From: an uncultured Bacillales bacterium
GTDB taxonomy: Bacteria > Bacillota_I > Bacilli_A > RF39 > UBA660
Assembly: GCA_946536225.1 (NCBI GenBank)
Contig: CAMNEE010000002.1
Coordinates: 309,584 to 373,583, forward strand
Length of the DNA: 64,000 nucleotides
Direction: 5' to 3'
Of the stretch, positions 42,009 through 51,523 are shown piece by piece (position 1 is the stretch's first letter; each line of letters opens with the position of its first letter). Position numbers and translations under genes: made by a program. Below the pieces are notes generated by a model, which saw nothing but the letters and a program-made list of their open reading frames with translations, did not search any database and was not told the DNA's origin.

Positions 42009-43757
42009 ATGAATAGAAAAAAATTAATTGAAGCGATAGAAAAAGGCATCATGGCTTCCCAGATGGCAATTAATTTTAAAATGCATGATTTAAATTTATA
42101 TGAAGAAATAAATAAGTTAGAAAATGAAGGTTATACACTTCATAGAACTTATTATTCAGATGGACAATTTAAATATGAATTTGGAGCGGATAATAAGAAA
42201 AATTTAACACGTGATATTGATATTATTACTAGACCAGATGAAAGAGAAGTTAGACTTTTATGTATGTCTGATTTACATTACACTTCTGTTGGTGAGAATA
42301 GAAGTGCAATACATATTGCTTATAATCATGCCAAAACTCATGGCATACATGTAATACTAGTTCCAGGAGATATTCTACATGGTAAATTTAGTTCTGTAGA
42401 TGAAAAATATAAACCAGGTGTTGAACAAATAAAAACATTCTTAAAAGACTTTCCGTTTGATAATGATATAATTGTAATTGGTACTGGTGGAGACCACGAT
42501 GAATCAATTTATAGTAATGATCATATAGATCCACTTAAAGTTATATCTAAAAGTAGACATAATATAGTTCTACCAGGATATTTTAAAACAGTAGTTAATA
42601 TTAAAAACTCTAAGATTATATTAACTCATACTAATAAAATGAATAAATCATATGACATAAATTACACTGATGATTATCAACTTAAGGTATGTGGTCATCC
42701 TCATAAATATGCATTCATGGATGGTAACTCTAAAGTTAAAGTAGTTGCTCCTACAATTAGCAATATTATAGCTCCAATAAGTTCATTCTTAGAATTTATC
42801 TTATTGTATAATGAAGATAATTATTTACAAAAAATGGTAGTTAAGCATTATGGTGTATTAGATGGAAAAGAAATATTCTTAGGGGAAACAACAACTAATA
42901 TAACTAACTCAGAAGTTAAAAATGATAATATTGAAAATTATAGTCATAAGACTATTAAAAATCCATATCCATATCAAGAAATTCCTGATAATGATACACT
43001 AGTTCAAGAACTACAAAAAGATAATAATGAGAAAACAACAAAATTAGAAACACTTGAAGCAAAATACTATGATGTTTCTAAAGAAAATGAAGAAAATAAA
43101 AAAATGAATGAAAAACTTAGTATTTCACTTGAAACAGCAGAAGATCAAGCACGTAAATTGGATTTAATAAATGAACAATTAAAACAAGATAGTTCATTTA
43201 AATCAGAAAAGATATGTGATTTAAAAAATACTAATAAAAAGTTAAAGAAAACTAATTTTGATTTAACTGTATCTAAGAAAGAATTAGAAGACGAGAGAAA
43301 AGAGTTAATGAGTGAACTTTTAGAACTAAGAGAAAAAGTATCTCTTTATGAAGAAAAACTAGAAGCTAAAAGTCGTCGTATAAGTGAAGTTGAAAAAGAT
43401 AATGAAGCATTATCAATATGGAAAAGAATGTATAAAGATTATTACTATGACTTACGTAATAAATTATTAAATCAACAAAGCGAAGCTGAATTACCAACAA
43501 TACCAATTGATTTAACTGAGGATGAATCAATAGTAGAAAATACTTTAGAAGTTGAATCAATTGTAGAAACTGAAGAAGTAACAATAGAAAGTTTTGATGA
43601 TGCTTTAGATGAAGTAAAAGATAACTTCAGAGAACAAATTGATAATGAACAAACTCAAAAGAGAAGAAAAAAAGAATTTAAACAAAACAAGTTTGATTAT
43701 TCTCAAAGAAGTAAAGCAGATAGAATTGAAGAATTAAAAAGTAAACTTAGAAAGTAA
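42009..43757 (+). CDS. wHTH-like N-domain + calcineurin-like metallophosphoesterase + ~270-aa coiled-coil tail
   Basis: The MPE motifs are MSDLHYT (DxH), VPGDILHG (GDxx), GTGGDHDE (a variant of GNHD) and VCGHPHK (GHxH). The C-terminus is heptad-rich with Lys/Glu/Leu. The N-terminal ~60 aa resemble a BirA-type wHTH (EEINKLENEGYTL). Confidence 0.7.
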   Translation: MNRKKLIEAIEKGIMASQMAINFKMHDLNLYEEINKLENEGYTLHRTYYSDGQFKYEFGADNKKNLTRDIDIITRPDEREVRLLCMSDLHYTSVGENRSAIHIAYNHAKTHGIHVILVPGDILHGKFSSVDEKYKPGVEQIKTFLKDFPFDNDIIVIGTGGDHDESIYSNDHIDPLKVISKSRHNIVLPGYFKTVVNIKNSKIILTHTNKMNKSYDINYTDDYQLKVCGHPHKYAFMDGNSKVKVVAPTISNIIAPISSFLEFILLYNEDNYLQKMVVKHYGVLDGKEIFLGETTTNITNSEVKNDNIENYSHKTIKNPYPYQEIPDNDTLVQELQKDNNEKTTKLETLEAKYYDVSKENEENKKMNEKLSISLETAEDQARKLDLINEQLKQDSSFKSEKICDLKNTNKKLKKTNFDLTVSKKELEDERKELMSELLELREKVSLYEEKLEAKSRRISEVEKDNEALSIWKRMYKDYYYDLRNKLLNQQSEAELPTIPIDLTEDESIVENTLEVESIVETEEVTIESFDDALDEVKDNFREQIDNEQTQKRRKKEFKQNKFDYSQRSKADRIEELKSKLRK

Positions 43758-43766
43758 GTAATATAA

Positions 43767-44144
43767 ATGGGAAAAGAATACGCGATAAAAAGAACAAGAG
43801 CTATTTATATTGAATTGTTATTATTTCAAAATGAACTAATTAAGAGAATTAATGAATTAGTAGTTAAACAAGATGAGGATTATATAAAGCAAAATGTAAT
43901 ACCTGTTTATGATTCTAATGATCATTATTACTCAGTAAAAGCATTAGATGACCTAAATAAAGCAATAGATAAAATTGAAGAAGTAAACATGCTTTTATAT
44001 AGCATGCTATACGATATGCTTTTTGATAAAAAAATCATATTTGTAGATGAAGCAGACAACATCTATGATGAAGAGATTCTATCAGATGAAAAAGCAGAAG
44101 AAATTATATCTTCACTTGAAAGTTATAAAACTAGAAAGAAGTAA
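43767..44144 (+). CDS. Hypothetical small acidic protein
   Basis: The 125-aa ORF starts 9 nt after the preceding gene. No motif was recognised. Confidence 0.45.
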   Translation: MGKEYAIKRTRAIYIELLLFQNELIKRINELVVKQDEDYIKQNVIPVYDSNDHYYSVKALDDLNKAIDKIEEVNMLLYSMLYDMLFDKKIIFVDEADNIYDEEILSDEKAEEIISSLESYKTRKK

Positions 44145-44222
44145 GTGTATTTTAAATACACTTATTTTATTGCAAAAATAGAATAAAAATGTTAATATCT
44201 TTACGTATTAAGGAGGAACCTT

Positions 44223-45428
44223 ATGAAAAAAGTAATTATTATTAAATATGCTGAATTAAATACTAAAAAAGATAATATTGATTTCTTTTTAAAGATATTA
44301 AAGAAGAATATTGAGACTACTTTAAATGATAATACTAAGAAAATTACTTATGACCATGGACGTATGTTTATTGAGTCAGAAAGTGATGACTTTGAAGAAT
44401 TATTAGAAAAGATTAAAAATGTATTTGGTATTCATGAAATTAATATTGCTTATAAATTAGAAACAACTGACTTTGAAGAAATAAAATCTACTTTAGCTGA
44501 ACTAGTTAAAGAACAAACTTTTTCTACTTTTAGGGTTACTACAAAAAGAAGTGATAAATCATATCCTTTGGACTCTATGGAAATTAGTAGAATACTAGGT
44601 GGAGTAGTACTAAGAACTTTAAATGGAAAAGTAAGTGTTGATGTTCATAATCCTGAAGTAACTATAAATGTTGAAGTAAGACGTGGAAAGTCATATATCT
44701 ATTTTGAAAAAGCAAAAGGATTAGGTGGTTATCCAGTTGGTGCAGCAGGAAAGGGTCTACTTATGTTATCAGGTGGAATTGATTCACCAGTTGCTGGTTA
44801 TCTTGCTATGAAACGTGGTGTAAGAATAGAAGCAATCTATTTTGAATCTCCTCCTCATACATCAGTTGATGCCAAGAATAAAGTTATTAAACTTGCACGT
44901 AAATTATCAGGATACTCAGGATATGTAAAAATACATGTTATTAACTTTACTGAAATACAAGAAACAATTCTAAAGAATGCTCCTCATGATTATCTAATAA
45001 CAATCATGAGAAGAATGATGTATAGAATATCAGAGAGAATTGCTAAAAAGAATAATTGTAAGTGTTTAATAAACGGAGAATCAATTGGTCAAGTGGCTTC
45101 TCAAACTCTAACTTCTATGACTTGTATAAATGCAGTTACTAATATGCCTGTTATTAGACCAGTTGCATGTTTAGATAAAAATGACATTATTGATATAGCT
45201 AAGAATATAAATACATATGATATATCAATTGAACCATTTGAAGACTGTTGTACAATCTTTGTACCTAAGCATCCAGTTATTAATCCTGAGAAATATTTAT
45301 GTGAAGAATATGAATCAAATGTTGATTATGATGCATTAGTTAAAAAGGCTGTTGAAACAGCAGAAGTAATAAAAGTAGAACCATCATCTTTAAATGAAAT
45401 AAAAGAAGATTATAAAGACTTATTTTAA
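44223..45428 (+). CDS. thiI: tRNA uracil-4 sulfurtransferase ThiI (no rhodanese domain)
   Basis: It has a ferredoxin-like + THUMP N-terminus and the PP-loop LMLSGGIDSPVAG. The 401-aa length is typical of the Firmicute type. Confidence 0.9.
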   Translation: MKKVIIIKYAELNTKKDNIDFFLKILKKNIETTLNDNTKKITYDHGRMFIESESDDFEELLEKIKNVFGIHEINIAYKLETTDFEEIKSTLAELVKEQTFSTFRVTTKRSDKSYPLDSMEISRILGGVVLRTLNGKVSVDVHNPEVTINVEVRRGKSYIYFEKAKGLGGYPVGAAGKGLLMLSGGIDSPVAGYLAMKRGVRIEAIYFESPPHTSVDAKNKVIKLARKLSGYSGYVKIHVINFTEIQETILKNAPHDYLITIMRRMMYRISERIAKKNNCKCLINGESIGQVASQTLTSMTCINAVTNMPVIRPVACLDKNDIIDIAKNINTYDISIEPFEDCCTIFVPKHPVINPEKYLCEEYESNVDYDALVKKAVETAEVIKVEPSSLNEIKEDYKDLF

Positions 45429-45487
45429 GTCTTTTTTTCTTGTATATTAATGTTTGTTTTGATATATTTAACATGGAGGATATAGAT

Positions 45488-45952
45488 ATGGATAATCAAC
45501 AAAATTTTAATTCAATTGATCCAAATACTGGATTTGTTCAAAACCAACAACCAGATATGAATCAAACACAAATGCCAGGAACTAATTTCCAAGGAGGTTC
45601 ATCAGGTATTCAAGAAAGAAGTATTCCTATGTGTATTATTCTTTCACTTGTTACTTGTGGAATCTATGGTTTAATTTGGTTCTATAATTTAACAGAAGAC
45701 TCTAATAAAGTAGGAGATTCTAAAACAGCTAGTGGAGGTTTAGCAATACTATATACACTTCTTTCATGTGGTATTTATGGTATTTACTGGTTCTACAAAC
45801 TTGGTGCTAAAATTGGAGAAGCTCAAAAGAAATATGGAACAGGAACAGGAAATGATTCTGCTGTACTATATTTAATTCTATCTCTAGTTGGATTAGGAAT
45901 TGTTCCTTATATTTTAGCTCAAAGTGAATTAAATAAAATTGCACATAAGTAA
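45488..45952 (+). CDS. DUF4234-like membrane protein with Gln/Asn-rich N-terminus
   Basis: The duplicated motif CGIYGLIWFYNL / CGIYGIYWFYKL is present. The start is ATG 45488, about 8 nt after ggagga. Confidence 0.6.
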   Translation: MDNQQNFNSIDPNTGFVQNQQPDMNQTQMPGTNFQGGSSGIQERSIPMCIILSLVTCGIYGLIWFYNLTEDSNKVGDSKTASGGLAILYTLLSCGIYGIYWFYKLGAKIGEAQKKYGTGTGNDSAVLYLILSLVGLGIVPYILAQSELNKIAHK

Positions 45953-46313
45953 TAAAAAAATTAGAGTAATAATATTTAATTTGTTACTCTTTTTTTTAGG
46001 TGTTATTTATATAGTAATAAATGAAAAAACAGAATATGGAATACCTTGTATATTTCATGAGTTAACGGGTTTTCTTTGTCCTGGATGTGGAATTACTAGA
46101 TGTATTATATCTATTTTACATGGTAACTTATATGAAGCATTTAGATATAATGCTTTCGTATTTATAGGTTTACCATTTTTCATATTTATCTATATAAATA
46201 ATCTTTTTAACTTATTAACTAATAAGGGTAAAAAAATAGTAGTACCAGAAAAAGTATTAATAATTCTAGTTATAGTTTTAATAGCATTTGGTATAGTTAG
46301 AAACATTATTTAA
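45939..46313 (+). CDS. DUF2752-like membrane protein
   Basis: It carries the CPGCGITR motif typical of DUF2752 and 3-4 TM helices. The TTG start is uncertain. Confidence 0.55.
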   Translation: MHISNKKIRVIIFNLLLFFLGVIYIVINEKTEYGIPCIFHELTGFLCPGCGITRCIISILHGNLYEAFRYNAFVFIGLPFFIFIYINNLFNLLTNKGKKIVVPEKVLIILVIVLIAFGIVRNII

Positions 46314-46392
46314 GCAAAGAGAAAACCTCTTTGCTTTTTGGTTGCATATTTCATAAATTATGCTAAAATAAACCCTAGATAGAGGTGAAAGT

Positions 46393-47595
46393 ATGAAGAT
46401 ATTATCTGTAAATGCGGGAAGTAGTTCCCTAAAATTCAGATTATACGATATGCCAAAAGAAGAACTTCTAATGAAAGGTACAATCGAAAGAATTGGACTA
46501 TCTGATGGAGTATATAGCATTCGTATTGGGGATACTAAGATCGAAAAAGACATAGATTTTGCAGATCATGAAGAAGCTGTACAACTATTACTTAAAGATT
46601 TAGTAGACCAAAAAGTGATTAAGTCATTAGACGAAATTAAAGCCGTAGGTCATAGAATCGTTCACGGTGGTAACAAATACTCAAAGAGTGTTGTTTTAAC
46701 AAAAAGAGTTATTAAAGAAATAAATGATATTTCTGATTTAGCTCCATTACATAATCCAGCTGGATTACTAGGAGTCCAAGCTTTCGTGGATAATGTACCT
46801 GAAGCTGTTAACGTAGCATGTTTCGATACTGCATTCCATCAAACAATGGAACCAGCAGCATTCCTTTATGCTATTCCATATGAATGGTATGTTAAATACG
46901 ATGTAAGAAAATATGGTTTCCATGGACTTTCTCATAAGTTCATTACAGAAACTATGATTGAAAAATTAAAGAATAAAAAACCAAATTTAATAATTTGTCA
47001 TATTGGTAATGGTGCTTCAATAAGTGCTATTAAAGAAGGTAAATGTATTGATACAACTATGGGTATGACTCCAAATGCAGGACTTATGATGGGTACTCGT
47101 TCAGGAGATATTGATCATACATTAATTCAATATGTTAAGAAAAAAACTGGATACTCATCTGAAAAGATTAATGAAATCTTAAATAAAGAATCTGGTCTTG
47201 AAGGAATTGCTGGTATGTCTGACTTAAGAGATATCGATAGAGCATATGAAGCAAAAGAAGATAAAGTAGTATTAGCAATTGAAATGTATACTCAAAGAAT
47301 TGCTAATTATATAGCACAATACTTCATTAAACTTGATGGTAAAATTGATGGTATCGTATTTACTGCTGGCGGTGGAGAAAATGATCCAATCATCAGAAGA
47401 GAATCTATCAAAAAAGTTCATGCACTTGGAATTAAGTTAGATGAAGAAAAGAATGAAGAAACAATTACTAGAAAAGGTAAAGAAGGAATTATTTCTACTA
47501 AAGACTCTAAAGTACCTGTTTATGTAGTTGCTACTGATGAAGAATTAATGATTGCAAGAGATACTTATAGACTTGCAACTGAAGAAGAAGCTTAA
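46393..47595 (+). CDS. ackA: Acetate kinase (copy 1)
   Basis: It has ILSVNAGSSSLKF, GHRIVHGG, LAPLHNP, FDTAFHQTM, KYGFHG, GTRSGDID and ATDEELMIA. Confidence 0.9.
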   Translation: MKILSVNAGSSSLKFRLYDMPKEELLMKGTIERIGLSDGVYSIRIGDTKIEKDIDFADHEEAVQLLLKDLVDQKVIKSLDEIKAVGHRIVHGGNKYSKSVVLTKRVIKEINDISDLAPLHNPAGLLGVQAFVDNVPEAVNVACFDTAFHQTMEPAAFLYAIPYEWYVKYDVRKYGFHGLSHKFITETMIEKLKNKKPNLIICHIGNGASISAIKEGKCIDTTMGMTPNAGLMMGTRSGDIDHTLIQYVKKKTGYSSEKINEILNKESGLEGIAGMSDLRDIDRAYEAKEDKVVLAIEMYTQRIANYIAQYFIKLDGKIDGIVFTAGGGENDPIIRRESIKKVHALGIKLDEEKNEETITRKGKEGIISTKDSKVPVYVVATDEELMIARDTYRLATEEEA

Positions 47596-47610
47596 TAGCT
47601 TCTTTTTTAT
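47585..47610 (+). terminator. Terminator between the two acetate kinase genes
   Basis: aagaagct/taat/agcttctt is followed by T residues. Confidence 0.7.
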
Positions 47611-47708
47611 TACTTAAATATAAAGTAAATAGGGCGTTTGTAAATAGTTTTTTATTGAGAGAAAAGTCATAGTTTAGTATAATAAATACGGAAAAGAGGA
47701 GAATATAA

Positions 47709-48884
47709 ATGAAAATAATGTCTGTTAACTGTGGTAGTAGTTCTTTAAAATTTTCTATATTTGATATGGATAATAAAGAATTAATTGCTTCAGGTTATTA
47801 TGAAAAAGTTGGTATTCCAGGAAGTTTTTCTAATATAAAATTCAATGGAGAAAAATACCATACTGATAAAGATATGACTAATCATACAGAAGCAGTAGAA
47901 GATATGCTTCAACAAATATTAAAATTAGGAATTGTAGAAACTCTTGATGAAATCGGAGCTGTTGGACACAGAGTTGTTCATGGTGGAGATAAGTATAATA
48001 AATCAGTAGTTATTACTGATGAAGTAATTGATGATATTAAGAAGTTCAGTGCTCTAGCACCACTTCATAATCCAGCTAACTTACTTGGTATTTATGCAGT
48101 TCAAAAAGCATTACCAAATGTAAAAAATGTAGCTGTATTTGATACAGCATTCCATCAAACAATGAAACCAAGAGAATTTATTTATCCAGTACCATATTCT
48201 TGGTATGAAGATATGATGATTAGAAAATATGGTTTCCATGGAACAAGTCATTGCTATATTTCTAAACAAGTAGAAAGAATTCTTGGAAAGAAAGAATACA
48301 AAGCAATTATTTGTCACTTAGGTTCAGGTGGATCATTAAGTGCTGTTAAAGATGGACAGTCAATTGATACAACAATGGGATTTACTCCACTTGCAGGTAT
48401 CATGATGGGTACTCGTTCAGGAGATATAGATCCATCAATCATCTCATATGTATGTGATACAGAAAATGTAACAGTTGAAGAAGTAATAAATGTTTTAAAT
48501 AAACAATCTGGTTTCCTTGGATTATCAGGAAAGTCATCTGACTTTAGAGATGTTTGGGCTGGTGTTGAAGAAGGAGACGAAAGATGTAAACTTGCAGTTG
48601 ATAAATATGTTAAAGCTGTAGTAGATTACATTGCAAGTTATTATGTTGAATTAGGTGGATGCGATATGTTAGTATTCACAGCTGGTTTAGGAGAAAATGC
48701 TATTCCAGTTAGAAAGATGATTTGTGATTCTCTAAAAGTTCTTGGAGTTGAAATAGATGATAAGAAGAATGAAGTAAGAGGAGAAGAAATAAAATTATCT
48801 ACAGATAAATCAAAAGTAGAAGTATATGTTATTCCTACTAATGAAGAATTAATGATTGCTGAAGATACATATAACTTAATTTAA
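47709..48884 (+). CDS. Acetate/short-chain-acid kinase (copy 2, divergent paralogue)
   Basis: It has IMSVNCGSSSLKF, GHRVVHGG, LAPLHNP, FDTAFHQTM, KYGFHG, GTRSGDID and PTNEELMIA. It has its own -10 (tagtataat) and RBS. Confidence 0.85.
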   Translation: MKIMSVNCGSSSLKFSIFDMDNKELIASGYYEKVGIPGSFSNIKFNGEKYHTDKDMTNHTEAVEDMLQQILKLGIVETLDEIGAVGHRVVHGGDKYNKSVVITDEVIDDIKKFSALAPLHNPANLLGIYAVQKALPNVKNVAVFDTAFHQTMKPREFIYPVPYSWYEDMMIRKYGFHGTSHCYISKQVERILGKKEYKAIICHLGSGGSLSAVKDGQSIDTTMGFTPLAGIMMGTRSGDIDPSIISYVCDTENVTVEEVINVLNKQSGFLGLSGKSSDFRDVWAGVEEGDERCKLAVDKYVKAVVDYIASYYVELGGCDMLVFTAGLGENAIPVRKMICDSLKVLGVEIDDKKNEVRGEEIKLSTDKSKVEVYVIPTNEELMIAEDTYNLI

Positions 48885-48908
48885 AGAATAGAATAGGTGG
48901 TGTTTATT

Positions 48909-49859
48909 ATGATGAATAATATACACAAACAAATATTAAAGAAAATCAAAGAATATAATACAATTATCATTGCAAGACATATTGGACCAGATCCAGATGC
49001 CATTACCTCTGAAATTGCATTAAGAGATTTGATTAAATATAATTTTCCGAATAAAAAAGTATATGCAGTAGGATCTGGTGTATCTAGATTTAAGTGCTTT
49101 GGTATACTTGATAAAATAGATGATGTTGATTTTAAAAAAGCATTATATATTATTCTAGATTTACCAAGATTTGATAGAGTAGATGGACCTGATAAGAGTG
49201 AGTTTCCGTTTACTATAAAAATAGATCATCATCCATGTGAAGAGAAAGTATGTGACTTAGAAATAGTTGATGATACTGCTGCAAGCTGTACACAACTTAT
49301 TACAGAGTTTGCATATAAAACTAAGTTAAAGATGAATGAAGTAATTGCTGAAAATCTTTATTCAGGAATTATTGCTGACTCTGATAGATTCTTACTAAGT
49401 TACACATCTCCTAAAACTTTAGTTTTAGCATCTAAACTTATGAAGGATTATAAATTAGATATTGGTAAAATATATAATAATCTTTATGAAAGACCAATTA
49501 ATGAAAGAAAATTTGAAGCATATATTATTAGTAATTTAACAATTACTAAAAATGGATTTGGATATATTAGAATTACTAGTGATTTAATTAAAGAATTTGG
49601 AGTTGATTCATCAACAGCTTCTAATATGGTTAATAATCTTAACTTTATTAAAGAACTAAAATGCTGGGCATTCTCATCATTTGATGAAAATTCTAAAATA
49701 TTTAAAATAAATATTCGAAGTAGAAATATCCCAATTAACACAGTTGCTGAAAAGTTCAATGGTGGAGGACATAAGTTTGCCAGTGGAGCAAGACTTAAGA
49801 ACGAAGAGGATGTTAATAAATTATTCGAAGCTTTAGATGAAGCTTGTAAAGAAGACTAA
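48909..49859 (+). CDS. nrnA: DHH/DHHA1 phosphoesterase (NrnA-like oligoribonuclease/pAp phosphatase)
   Basis: It has IIARHIGPDPDAITS, DHH (KIDHHP), DSDRF and GGGHKFASGA. Confidence 0.8.
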   Translation: MMNNIHKQILKKIKEYNTIIIARHIGPDPDAITSEIALRDLIKYNFPNKKVYAVGSGVSRFKCFGILDKIDDVDFKKALYIILDLPRFDRVDGPDKSEFPFTIKIDHHPCEEKVCDLEIVDDTAASCTQLITEFAYKTKLKMNEVIAENLYSGIIADSDRFLLSYTSPKTLVLASKLMKDYKLDIGKIYNNLYERPINERKFEAYIISNLTITKNGFGYIRITSDLIKEFGVDSSTASNMVNNLNFIKELKCWAFSSFDENSKIFKINIRSRNIPINTVAEKFNGGGHKFASGARLKNEEDVNKLFEALDEACKED

Positions 49860-49952
49860 GTCTTCTTTTTTTTGTAAATTTATACAAAACCTATTGAATA
49901 GTCTTTATTTATAAAATACAATATAGTTAAGATAGAAAGAGGGATTATTTAT

Positions 49953-50498
49953 ATGGCTACAACTAAAAAGTCTGCTACTAAAAAAACAACTGCAGCAAAG
50001 AAAACTACAGCTGTTAAGAAAACTCCAGTTAAAAAAACAGTAAAAGCTCCTGCAAAGAAGTCTACATCTACAAGAAGTAATAGAATTGTTGTTAACACAA
50101 ACACAAGTGTTGGTGTTAGAGTATTTACAATCTTCTTAGGAATTTTATGTGCTATTGCATTTAATATGCCTGTCGGAGTTATTAATGGCGAAGTATTAAG
50201 TGGATCTGGATTATTAGAATTATGTTTAAACCCATCAACTGCAACAGGAATGATTACATTTATCTTAGGAATTATTCTTCCAGTTGGTTTATTTGAAATT
50301 TCTACAATTCTATTAATCGTTAAATCAGATAAGCTTATGTCCATCTTAGCAGTAATGATTGATGGTATTGCACTTTCATTCTTCCTAATATTCATGAATG
50401 TTATTAGTGCAATTTCAATTGGATGGTTAGTAATACTATTCTCACTTATTGTTGGAATAATATTCGAAATAGCATTATTCTTAATTGCTGAAAAATAA
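49953..50498 (+). CDS. Hypothetical polytopic membrane protein with Lys/Thr/Ala-rich repeat N-terminus
   Basis: The N-terminal ~45 aa are KK[TS][TA]A-type repeats (ATTKKSATKKTTAAKKTTAVKKTPVKKTVKAPAKK). About 4 TM helices follow. The antisense ORF 49949-50395 is its mirror image. Confidence 0.5.
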   Translation: MATTKKSATKKTTAAKKTTAVKKTPVKKTVKAPAKKSTSTRSNRIVVNTNTSVGVRVFTIFLGILCAIAFNMPVGVINGEVLSGSGLLELCLNPSTATGMITFILGIILPVGLFEISTILLIVKSDKLMSILAVMIDGIALSFFLIFMNVISAISIGWLVILFSLIVGIIFEIALFLIAEK

Positions 50499-50525
50499 AA
50501 TATCTCGTATGAGATATTTTTTTAT
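50498..50525 (+). terminator. Intrinsic terminator
   Basis: aaatatctc/gtat/gagatattt is followed by a T-run. Confidence 0.75.
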
Positions 50526-50575
50526 GTCTATAATTAAGTACCAATTTATAGTATAATACTTACAGGTGATTTTTT

Positions 50576-51523
50576 ATGGCAAAGACATTAAAAGATTTAA
50601 AAGTAGTATTCATGGGAACACCTGAGTTTTCAGTTCCTGTATTAAAAAGTTTAATTGAACTAACTAATGTTGTATTAGTAGTTAGTCAACCTGATAAAGA
50701 AGTAGGTAGAAAAAGAATACTTACTCCATCTCCTGTTAAAGCATGTGCTTTAGAACATAATATTGAAGTATTTACTCCAAAGAAAATAAGAGAAGAATAT
50801 GAAGTAGTATTAAATCATAAACCAGATGTAATTATTACATGTGCATATGGTCAAATAGTACCTAAACAAATGCTTGATTATCCTGATTATGGTTGTATTA
50901 ATATTCATGGTTCTCTTTTACCTAAGTATCGTGGAGCATCTCCAATTCAAAGTGCTATTATGAATGGAGATGAAGTAACTGGTATTACTTTAATGTATAT
51001 GGAAGAAGGATTAGATACTGGTAATATAATTCATGCTAAAGAAATAAAAATAAGTGATAATGATACATATGGTACTTTATCTGAAAAATTATCTTTATTA
51101 GGTCGTGATTTACTTATCTCAACACTTCCAAAGATAATTGAAGGAGAAAACTTTGATATACCTCAAAATGATGATGAAGCAACTCATACTGTTAAAATAA
51201 AAAGAGAAGATGAAAGATTAGATTTTACCAAAACAAGAAAGGAACTCCATAACTTTGTAAGAGCACTTAATCCAACACCTTACGCTAATATCCTAGTAAA
51301 TGGTGAAGAATGGAAAATAATTGAAACAGAAGTTGGAGAAGAAAAACAAGGTAAAGTTGGAACAGTTACATCTGTTAATAAAGATTCCTTTGGTGTATTA
51401 GCAAGTGATGGAGAACTTTTAATTAAAAGAATAAAAGTTGCTGGTAAAAAAGAAATGAGTGTTAAAGATTTCTTTAATGGTTATAAAAAAGAAAATCTTC
51501 TTGGTATCGAGGTAAATAAATAA
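50576..51523 (+). CDS. fmt: Methionyl-tRNA formyltransferase
   Basis: It has VVFMGTPEFSVPVL, INIHGSLLPKYRGASPIQ and the C-terminal OB-like domain. Confidence 0.9.
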   Translation: MAKTLKDLKVVFMGTPEFSVPVLKSLIELTNVVLVVSQPDKEVGRKRILTPSPVKACALEHNIEVFTPKKIREEYEVVLNHKPDVIITCAYGQIVPKQMLDYPDYGCINIHGSLLPKYRGASPIQSAIMNGDEVTGITLMYMEEGLDTGNIIHAKEIKISDNDTYGTLSEKLSLLGRDLLISTLPKIIEGENFDIPQNDDEATHTVKIKREDERLDFTKTRKELHNFVRALNPTPYANILVNGEEWKIIETEVGEEKQGKVGTVTSVNKDSFGVLASDGELLIKRIKVAGKKEMSVKDFFNGYKKENLLGIEVNK

